This document shows positions 9,908-18,252 of a stretch of DNA of 20,000 nt, piece after piece. Within the stretch, counting starts at the first letter, position 1. The number at the start of each line of letters is the position of its first letter. The translations under genes and the position numbers were made by a program. The stretch comes from Pachysolen tannophilus NRRL Y-2460 (Eukaryota): contig KV454016.1 in NCBI GenBank assembly GCA_001661245.1, positions 350,261 through 370,260 of the forward strand, given 5' to 3'. The notes beneath the pieces are model-generated. The model worked only from the letters and a program-made list of their open reading frames with translations. It was not told where the DNA came from and did no database searches.

Positions 9908-10128
9908 AGCCAATCTTAACCACAGCTATCCTCTATCTATGTTATATTATCGTCAGTTATGCTTGATTTCTTAATTTGATGTTTTAAACTAAACAGATGG
10001 TACATTTCCTTAAAAAGTTATGTAGAAATTTTAACGAATAAAAATTATAAACTCACTTTTTAAATACTTTATGAATCGAAATACTTTTTGATAAAAAGAA
10101 ACAACAGTTGAAAGGAGGAGTAACGAGT
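9908..10128. promoter_or_regulatory. Short divergent (bidirectional) promoter region
   Basis: 221 bp of AT-rich sequence between head-to-head ATGs at 9907 (-) and 10129 (+). Confidence 0.6.
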
Positions 10129-11115
10129 ATGAGATCGTTGGTGTGCTATGGAAAACTGGCAAATAGAATATTATCTGTTCATAGTTGTGAACAGATATTT
10201 TGGAATAACTATAGGTTAGTGTCGCTGCGTCATACCTCGAGAAAGTTCTATGGTGAAGTTTTTGCAAATCAAGGTAATAATATAGATATTGGTGGTACAT
10301 TTTTTTACTCATCACCATCATCTTCTAGTAAAGGGAGTAGGAATGGTATTGATAAGGATTTGCAAAACAGGAAGGCGAATTTGGGTAAAACCATTGAAAT
10401 ATTGGAGTCAGAAATACCAAATATTTTAAATAAATTGATATCATCAAATTTAATATCTTCCAATATAATACTAAGGATATGTCCATTATCACATCCTAAC
10501 TTGCCATTGTTTAAAGGTTATGTCACTTATGTAACAACGCTGAAGACTTTGCAAGTATTTTTAACACAGTTGATTTTAAATCCCAAGGTTAAATTACATA
10601 TTAAGGACATTAAAGTAATTGAAAATAGAGGTATTACCAATAAGAATCTGAATTTTATTAAAAATAATTCTCAGATATTGAATGATTTACAGCAAAATAA
10701 AAAATTAAAAAATCTGGAAACTAATTTACAAGCTTATGGTCTCAATGCTGATTCTACAAAAATAATCTTTAAATGGAGGACTTGTTCGGAAGATTGTGAA
10801 GATTTACAGTCTTCATCATCCACTTCACATGCATCGTTGGGAAAACACACTTGGTCCAAGAATTTTGATCCGTTGAAGTTCTTGACATCGCCATCATCTT
10901 CAACGGCATCACCATCTACTTTAAGCGAAAATAGCAGTTTGACAAAAGATGATGATTTAAAATTGGAGAGAATCTTATGTGGGAAATTTATTTTTGAATT
11001 AAACGCAGATAATGATAAAATTGAAGTTTTCACCATTGAAGATATTGAAATCGTTGAAAATAGAGACTATGCTACTAGTGCTAACCCTAGTAGCGGTCCA
11101 CGTTTAGCAACTTGA
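10129..11115 (+). CDS. MCO32: Mco32/YGR053C-like putative mitochondrial protein of unknown function
   Basis: First ATG is at 10129 (10108 is TTG). The N-terminus is rich in Arg/Ser/Leu and poor in acidic residues, like a presequence. Motifs LGKTIEILESEIPNIL...NIILRICP, KIIFKWRTC and RILCGKFIFELNADNDKIEVFTIEDIEIV resemble my recollection of YGR053C (RLIRGTFIFEFNEENSKILVHTIEDVELI). It is convergent with an Fmp48-like kinase, as in S. cerevisiae. Confidence 0.75.
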   Translation: MRSLVCYGKLANRILSVHSCEQIFWNNYRLVSLRHTSRKFYGEVFANQGNNIDIGGTFFYSSPSSSSKGSRNGIDKDLQNRKANLGKTIEILESEIPNILNKLISSNLISSNIILRICPLSHPNLPLFKGYVTYVTTLKTLQVFLTQLILNPKVKLHIKDIKVIENRGITNKNLNFIKNNSQILNDLQQNKKLKNLETNLQAYGLNADSTKIIFKWRTCSEDCEDLQSSSSTSHASLGKHTWSKNFDPLKFLTSPSSSTASPSTLSENSSLTKDDDLKLERILCGKFIFELNADNDKIEVFTIEDIEIVENRDYATSANPSSGPRLAT

Positions 11116-11462
11116 TTATATCATATTATAGTAATCGTTCTGTTTTGTTTTATTTTATTTTATTTTATTTTTTAGGGTTTCTTGTATATATATATATCTT
11201 GGTGAAAATAAACTAGTACCATTTATTTCAAACTTTGAGACTTCTACAGTAAAAATAATGAAATGCAAATGAGGATAACATTAAAACCAGTTTAATGATA
11301 AATCAAACGAACCAAAGAACAAAAAAAAAAAGGAAGTTAAACTTCCGTATATATAAATATATATAACAGTCTATCCAAAAGACATGCTATGTATTGTAAT
11401 GCTTTTTAAGAAATTAATGCTAATTAAAAATCCATAGGTTAATTTCTCTCATGTAGATTTCT

Positions 11463-11904
11463 CTAAGTTTGGAAATACTTGATTCTACCTTGGCTATTTT
11501 TGTTATCATTATTGTGATTATTATTGTTATTATCGACTACAACAACTGTAGACGACGTCATTTTTTTAGGATTATCAAACCATAAGTCGTCATTGAGACA
11601 TTGAATCTTATTTTCCCTTTCAAATTTTTGAAAATCAAAATGGAAATCATCATCATTTTCGCAATCAGCCCAAGAGAACTTTTCAGGTGTATTTAAAAGC
11701 GATGAGTTGAATAGATCTCTGTCATCAAAATTTGAATGATTTTGATCAATATTGCCATGATGCATGACATTTTCATCATTAATTGATAAAGACGAAAAAG
11801 TGGAAATTGGGTTCAATGTTGATTTGATCAAAGATGGTGGTAAGGTGTTCAAGTAAGATGTCTCAATTGAAGTCATGTTATTATCCGTGGCTTCTTTCAC
11901 AATA

Positions 11905-11942
<38 letters not shown>

Positions 11943-13196
11943 ATTAATATTGGTTGTAATTGGAATTGGTTTTGCAAACGAAGAAGCGTACATTGTCGGT
12001 TGCTGATGACTATAATCATGCTCCTCAGTATCCTGGGGTTGCTGCTCATTTAGATCTTCTATCTTGTTGTTATCAATTTTCGAATTACGGCTATTGTTAT
12101 TATCATCCATTTCAAATAATAAATTATTTGCAACATTATTAGTGATCATTCTTTCTTGCTTCAATTCAAATTCATATTCTTCTTCAACAGTTAAACCAAC
12201 TCTAGAATTCTCTGCTAATAAATCACAACATTTAAGAATATCTCTTTGATTTGGGTTCAAATTTAACAAGTTTGGAATAATCGATTCAAAACATTTTTGA
12301 TTCAAATTAGAATAATAATCGTATAAAAATTCTTTATTTTGAATGAATTTTTTGAAATTTTCATCAGCATAGTATGATGATTTTTGGAAAGGACATTTAC
12401 CAAACAATACAAATAAAATAGTTATACCAAATGACCAATAATCTGCATATTTACAATCATAAGTAAAACGTCTTTTACCAATTTCTTGTCCCTTTCCTTC
12501 TTTATTAGATTCTTGATTTCTATTTTCACTTAATGTTTCTGGGGCCATATATTTTTCTGTACCTACATTTAATTCAGTAGAATACCTTATATTTGTTGCC
12601 AATCCCCAATCACAAAGTTTAATTTCTCCATTTTTCATCAATAAAACATTTTCAGGTTTAATATCTCTATGGAAAACATCTTTTGAATGAGCATATAAGA
12701 TAACGTTGGCAATAGAACGACATAACTTGGAAAATACTAACCCATTAGGACAATTCCCATTATAATGAATCTTATCATACAAGTCACCATCATCACAATA
12801 TTCTAAAACCAAAATATGGAATTTTTTAGTATTGAAATGCTCAATAAGTTGACAAATATTCTCATGATAACCTAATTTTTTCAAAATTGCAACTTCATGA
12901 CGAAACATATTTGAAATTCCAGGAACTGATTTATCCATTGCTTTAATTGCATATTTTGTACTTGTTGTTATATCATAGGCCAACGTCACTTTACCAAAAG
13001 AACCTTCTTGTAAATCTGCAATCTTTTGATATTTCTGATACAATACAAAACCTTGTTCATATGCTAAATACTCATCCATAGACTCATAATATTCCTCCTC
13101 ATCTATACGAGGAACTGATTCAAAATCAACTGGAAGCTGCTGAAGTTGATGCTGATGTTGCTGATGACATGTTTCTGGTGATGCAGCTGCTGCCAT
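11463..13196 (-). CDS. FMP48: Ser/Thr protein kinase, Ksp1/Fmp48 family (likely FMP48 ortholog by synteny)
   Basis: Complete kinase motifs: LQEGSFGKV, AIK, HRDIKPEN, DWG (family-typical variant of DFG), GTEKYMAPE, DYWSFG. The segment EYLAYEQGFVLYQKYQKI resembles Ksp1. Asn-rich C-terminal tail. A possible alternative start is the Met at 13079. Confidence 0.8.
11907..11951 (-). repeat. (AAT)n coding microsatellite, poly-Asn tract in the kinase tail
   Basis: (TTA)n on the + strand; encodes NININNNNNNNNNNN. Confidence 0.9.
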
Positions 13197-13520
13197 ATTC
13201 GGTATCCCTCAACTAAAACTCAAACTTAAAAGACAAAAAAAAAAAAAAAAAAAAATAAAAATAAAAAAAGCACAACTGTTCTCACAGATATTAAGATAAA
13301 AGCTAAAACCACGGCAAAAGATGTTATCTTAAATATATATATATATTAATATATATATGAGGAAGTAACTTAAAAAGCAACTCTTTTCCTCTTGCTTCTT
13401 TTTTTTTTTTCGTCAAGTATAGACTAGACTATTACGGTATTAAAGAATGTTCGGTATTAATTATCAAAAACGATGAAGTAGTATTGTTCAAATATATTAA
13501 CGTTAACTAACAACTCACCC

Positions 13521-13950
13521 ATATATATATATATATATAAATATGACTCCTTTTTTATTCCTCGTTTAAATCTTGCCACTACTTACATTAGGCATCTAGG
13601 CCCCCAATGAGTCCCCAATGATTGTGGGGGATAAGCTGGACGGGGGCACTAGTTTAGCCGGGGAAAGAAGGGGGGGGCATGGACAGCGCTCTTTTGCGTA
13701 GAATAAACTAGAAGGAAACTTTTTTAAAGGAGCAAAAGAGAGTGAGTCACTGGGAGGAGGAAGGAAGTTGATGTGTTTTTTTCGGCCCAGATTATTTATT
13801 GGTCACGGTTTGTAAAGGTAAAGCGGGCCATTCTTATCTATCTAATCGCATAAGGTAAAAAAAATAAAAAATGAGCGGCACCAGCTAATAATTAAGAAAA
13901 AAAGAGAAATTCTCGATATCCGGTTTTCCGAGTGCTCATCTTCTTATCAA
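13521..13950. promoter_or_regulatory. Upstream regulatory region of the kinase with stress/nutrient-type motifs
   Basis: (AT)n at 13521-13538. TGACTC at 13544-13549 and a perfect TGAGTCA at 13743-13749 (Gcn4/AP-1 type). GTGGGG and CCGGGG (Mig1-like) and AGGGG (STRE) within 13624-13677. GATAAG/CTTATC at 13630, 13833 and 13943. Confidence 0.5.
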
Positions 13951-14100
13951 TCGAATAGAGGGCAGATTTTCAAAGATTGTGGCTGGTCAAAACCAAATTC
14001 TTATGCTGGCCCTTTGGTCTAGAACATGGGTCCGGTTTTTTAAGTTGGGCGTTGGACCAAAGGCTGTGTGAGTGATGCAATTTATTCGGAAACGTAATCC

Positions 14101-14163
14101 ACATCCATACACCGCTTTTCTTCCTTACACCAAACTTTCTCGGTTTCTTGGGTGTGCGGATGT
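14101..14163. promoter_or_regulatory. Inverted pair of Rap1-like (UASrpg) sites
   Basis: ACATCCATACACC at 14101-14113 (+) and ACATCCGCACACC at 14151-14163 (-), close to the Rap1 consensus ACAYCCRTACAYY, upstream of a ribosomal protein gene. Confidence 0.6.
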
Positions 14164-14175
14164 TGTTGAAGTTGT

Positions 14176-14537
14176 NNNNNNNNNNNNNNNNNNNNNNNNN
14201 NNNNNNNNNNNNNNNNNNNNNNNNNNNNNNNNNNNNNNNNNNNNNNNNNNNNNNNNNNNNNNNNNNNNNNNNNNNNNNNNNNNNNNNNNNNNNNNNNNNN
14301 NNNNNNNNNNNNNNNNNNNNNNNNNNNNNNNNNNNNNNNNNNNNNNNNNNNNNNNNNNNNNNNNNNNNNNNNNNNNNNNNNNNNNNNNNNNNNNNNNNNN
14401 NNNNNNNNNNNNNNNNNNNNNNNNNNNNNNNNNNNNNNNNNNNNNNNNNNNNNNNNNNNNNNNNNNNNNNNNNNNNNNNNNNNNNNNNNNNNNNNNNNNN
14501 NNNNNNNNNNNNNNNNNNNNNNNNNNNNNNNNNNNNN
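14176..14537. other. Assembly gap (362 N)
   Basis: Run of N, abutting a long poly-T tract. Confidence 0.99.
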
Positions 14538-14538
14538 T

Positions 14539-14545
<7 letters not shown>

Positions 14546-14584
<39 letters not shown>

Positions 14585-14596
14585 TTTTTTTTTTTT
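14546..14596. repeat. Poly(dA:dT) tract (T38-G-T12), likely nucleosome-excluding element of the RPS1 promoter
   Basis: Directly visible, about 170-220 bp upstream of the RPS1 ATG. Confidence 0.8.
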
Positions 14597-14670
14597 CGCC
14601 TTTTTAGCTGGAAAAAGTAAAAGTAGGACGAAGGAAGTAAGGAAGGAAAAAAAAAAATTAAGAAATTTTA

Positions 14671-14680
14671 AAATTTTTCA
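14671..14680 (-). promoter_or_regulatory. RRPE / rapid-growth element (TGAAAAATTT)
   Basis: AAATTTTTCA on + is an exact RRPE on -, about 85 bp upstream of the RPS1 ATG. The AT-rich context lowers its significance. Confidence 0.45.
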
Positions 14681-14763
14681 TTTAATTTAATATTTATTAG
14701 GTTTTAGTATAGGTCTTAATATATAATCTTGTATTTATCTGTTGAGTATATATTAGAACAAGG

Positions 14764-15537
14764 ATGGCTGTCGGTAAGAATAAGAGACTTTCTAAAGGTA
14801 AGAAAGGTATCAAGAAGAGAGTTGTAGATCCTTTCACAAGAAAAGATTGGTTTGATATTAAGGCACCATCAACTTTTGAAAATAGAAATGTTGGTAAGAC
14901 ATTAATTAATAGATCAACTGGGTTGAAGAATGCAGCTGATGGTTTAAAAGGTAGAATTGTTGAAGTTTGCTTAGCGGATTTACAAGGTTCTGAAGACCAT
15001 TCGTATAAGAAGGTTAAATTAAGAGTTGATGAAGTCCAAGGTAAAAATTTGTTGACCAATTTCCATGGATTTGATTTTACTTCAGATAAGATTAGATCAT
15101 TAGTTAGAAAATGGCAATCTTTAGTTGAAGCCAATGTTACTGTTAAGACTTCAGATGATTATATCTTGAGAATTTTTGCTATTGGTTTCACAAGTAGACA
15201 ACAAAATCAAGTTAAGAAAACTACATATGCACAAACTTCTCAATTACGTGATGTTAGGAAAAAAATGATTGAAATCATGCAAAGAGAAGTTTCAAATTCA
15301 ACTTTAACCCAGTTGGTTACAAAATTGATTCCAGAAGTTATTTCAAGAGAAATTGAAAAATCAACAAAATCAATTTATCCTTTACAAAATGTTCATATTA
15401 GAAAAGTTAAATTATTAAAACAACCAAAATTCGATTTGGGTAATTTGATGTCATTACACGGTGAAGGTGTTGCCACTGAGGAAAAGGGTAAGAAAGTTTC
15501 AACCGATTTCAAAGATGTTGTCTTAGAAGCTGTTTAA
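14764..15537 (+). CDS. RPS1: 40S ribosomal protein eS1 (S1/S3a)
   Basis: [55 protein letters not shown]...FKDVVLEAV is unmistakable yeast Rps1; no intron. Confidence 0.99.
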   Translation: MAVGKNKRLSKGKKGIKKRVVDPFTRKDWFDIKAPSTFENRNVGKTLINRSTGLKNAADGLKGRIVEVCLADLQGSEDHSYKKVKLRVDEVQGKNLLTNFHGFDFTSDKIRSLVRKWQSLVEANVTVKTSDDYILRIFAIGFTSRQQNQVKKTTYAQTSQLRDVRKKMIEIMQREVSNSTLTQLVTKLIPEVISREIEKSTKSIYPLQNVHIRKVKLLKQPKFDLGNLMSLHGEGVATEEKGKKVSTDFKDVVLEAV

Positions 15538-15822
15538 ATATTCAAATAAAACAGTTTTTATGTAATATTATGAGTGAGTGATGGTGTCGTGACAAGTGAA
15601 AAAAAAAAAGTAAATTTGTCAAGGTTGTCGCAGTTGATGTTATCGGTTATTTTGTTTGCGGGTATTTAAGTTTTATTTTTTTATTTTATCTTTCTTTTAC
15701 CTTTCCATATATATACATTTATATGGCTTTTCTTTGTGTTTTTCAGTTGTTCATGATAAGAAAAAGAAATTACATAAGTTTCTATAATGATAAAGTGTAC
15801 TTGTAGAAAACCTTTTTGTATA

Positions 15823-15860
15823 TTCATCCATCCATCCATCAATCCATCAATTCATCTATC
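15823..15860. repeat. Degenerate (CATC)n tetranucleotide microsatellite
   Basis: ttcatccatccatccatcaatccatcaattcatctatc. Confidence 0.8.
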
Positions 15861-16072
15861 ACATTTTTGGTTCTGAATTTATTGTGACCCAATTGGGTCG
15901 TGTAGTGGACCTATTTTCTCATGTGATATGAAAAGTACAAATTTTCAACATCATTTTAAAATACATAGAATTTTACTTCATTTTACCTTTTTTTTTTTTT
16001 TTGCTTTTTTCTGGTTTCTTTGTCCTTTTGGCATTTTTGTTCATCTCGTTTATAAAAGAAAAATAGTGAAGA

Positions 16073-16762
16073 ATGTCACTTCCGAAACCGGCAGCTGGAA
16101 CTTTGAGATTGGGTTCTATTGCACCAGATTTTTCTGCTGAAACTTCAGAAGGACCAATCCCATCCTTTCATGAGTGGTTAGGTAACCAATGGGGTCTTTT
16201 TTTTAGCCATCCAGATGATTTTACACCTGTTTGTACTACAGAATTAGGAGCATTTGCTAAGTTAGAACCGGAATTTGCCAAAAGAAATGTAAAATTAATT
16301 GGGCTATCTGCTAATGAGGTTGAAACTCATCTTAGATGGATTGAAGATATTGATGAAATTACAGGCTGTAGATTAAAGTTTCCTATTATTGCAGATATGG
16401 ATAGAAAAATATCACTCTTGTATGATATGATAGATTATCAAGATGCAACAAATATCGACGATAAAGGGGTACAATTATCAATTAGATCAGTATTTATCAT
16501 TGATCCAGCAAAACGTATACGGTTAATAATATCATACCCCGCATCAACAGGAAGAAATACAGCAGAAATATTAAGAGTAGTTGATTCACTTCAAGTAGGT
16601 GATAAATATAAATGTACGACGCCAATAAACTGGGTTCCAGGAGATGACGTTATTGTACATCCTTCAGTTTCAAATGAACAGGCAAAGATATTGTTCCCAA
16701 AATTTAGAATAATTAAACCTTATTTAAGATTAGCTCCTCTTAACGTTGAAAACGGAAATTGA
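16073..16762 (+). CDS. PRX1: 1-Cys peroxiredoxin (Prx6 class)
   Basis: FSHPDDFTPVCTTE active-site motif; LRLGSIAPDF; RSVFIIDP; YPASTGRN; TPINWVPGDDV; KPYLR. 229 aa. Confidence 0.95.
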   Translation: MSLPKPAAGTLRLGSIAPDFSAETSEGPIPSFHEWLGNQWGLFFSHPDDFTPVCTTELGAFAKLEPEFAKRNVKLIGLSANEVETHLRWIEDIDEITGCRLKFPIIADMDRKISLLYDMIDYQDATNIDDKGVQLSIRSVFIIDPAKRIRLIISYPASTGRNTAEILRVVDSLQVGDKYKCTTPINWVPGDDVIVHPSVSNEQAKILFPKFRIIKPYLRLAPLNVENGN

Positions 16763-17066
16763 GATGAAGCTATTTTTCTGGTTTATAGTTGTTGTTGACC
16801 TTACTTTCTTTTCTTTTTTGTTTTTTTTTTTTCTTTTTTTCTCATTTTCACGTTTTACGCTGTTACTTGGTTGGTATTATATATTTTCTTGGTATTATTT
16901 TTTTTTTTTTTGTGTACTTTTCACTCGATATACAAATATATCTCTTCATGGAAACTCTAATTGTCTTGTATTCTCCTTGTGTCTATACTAAATAAAGGAA
17001 TCGAAACATTGAGAACTAAATCTTGCTGTATTTGAAAATACTTTCGATAAAACAATATAGAACGTC

Positions 17067-17091
17067 TTTTTTTTTTTTTTTTTTTTTTTTT
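17067..17091. repeat. Poly-T tract (25 nt)
   Basis: Directly visible in the PRX1-RME1 intergenic region. Confidence 0.9.
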
Positions 17092-17501
17092 GGTAATTTT
17101 TTCTATTAGAACAACTTACTGACAAACAAGATAACACATTAAATAATTTTTGAATTGTTTAATTCGAATAAATTAAGGAAGCAAAAAATATTTTATTCTT
17201 AAAAAGGAAAAATTAATCAAAATCAAATAAAAAGAAACCTCAAAATTTGAAGAGGATAATTGGCATGGCTATGTGTTCGTTAATTTCAAATTAACATTAT
17301 ATCCAGAAAATCAGAAAATTCTTTTTGCTTGATCACCGGAACAGTAACAAATTTCGCAACTTCATGAGAAGATTATGAAAAATTTCGTAGTCTTGAATAA
17401 ACCGTGTGCTGTCTCTCATACTTATTTGTCTTCTCGAGAACCGATTGTGAATGTTTCAGAACGGTTCTAAATATCAAGCAGGTGCCGGTTTAAAAAAAAC
17501 T

Positions 17502-17536
17502 TTGAAGCTTAAAGTTTAAAGTTTAAAGCTTAAATC
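17502..17536. repeat. 7-bp degenerate tandem repeat (TTAAAGY) x5
   Basis: ttgaagc ttaaagt ttaaagt ttaaagc ttaaatc. Confidence 0.75.
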
Positions 17537-18252
17537 CGATTATTGTTTTTATTATTTTTTATTTTTTGCTGAGATACATGATGCAGAAAGGTACTTAGAC
17601 AATAAAAATCTGTATAATCAAAGTGTATTAACTATATAGAATTATAAGTAGTACACACATATTATTTAAAATTGTCTCTTGTTGTCTGTTGTACATTGTG
17701 GTTGTACTGTGATTCACCAACATTTTGATGTTGTCTACCCTGTGTGATATGCCCACTGATATGTGAATTCTTTAGAATAAACTAAATAGCCGCTAGTGAA
17801 AACGCATCTACTTCAAAGATTAAGTTACAGTAAATTTTCATAATGTAATTTGTAACACATTTTAATTAAATAAGGAAACCCAAAGAAGAAAATCAAACTT
17901 CCTATCTACCTTACCTACTTTTAACAAAACCTTTTTTTTTGTTGTTGTTCGCTATTAGGGAAACCTTAGAGATTTAACTTAGATCTTTAATCATGAAGCT
18001 TGACCTCGACGACAACTTTTTCATAACCAGTTATATTTACATAATATATATATATGTATGTATATCTGACTGATTTACAACAAACCTTTTTTTTTTCTTT
18101 TTTATTTCTTGTCATTATAAAAGTTTTTTATATATCTCATTCCTTTTTTTTTTTTATACTTCTTTTTCTTCTTCTTTTATCTATATAGATAGAAGTTATC
18201 CTTTGTTCTTTTTGTTTCTAAAAAGCATCGTTTTCTTTGGCTTCAAGAAACT

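Noticed and set aside
12598..12615. DWG instead of DFG suggesting a pseudokinase
   Set aside because: DWG is normal in Ksp1/Fmp48 kinases, and the catalytic Lys, HRD and the Mg-binding Asp are intact.
12735..12741. TACTAAC on the + strand
   Set aside because: Antisense to an intact kinase CDS; chance occurrence.
14072..14690. ORFs spanning the N run
   Set aside because: Artefacts of the assembly gap and the poly-T tract.
14697..15134. 145-aa ORF antisense to RPS1, plus other short antisense ORFs within the large genes (e.g. 5552-5899, 10734-11036, 18438-18662)
   Set aside because: Shadow frames explained by codon bias or low-complexity tracts of the real genes.
15928..16995. Phe-rich short ORFs 15928-16140, 16746-16991 and 16789-16995
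   Set aside because: Produced by T-rich promoter and 3'-UTR sequence; no recognisable motifs.
17579..17861. a1-alpha2-like sequences TGATGCAGAAAGGTACT (about 17579) and ATGTAATTTGTAACACAT (about 17843)
   Set aside because: The first has a mismatch in the ACA half-site; the second has half-site spacing 2 bp too long.
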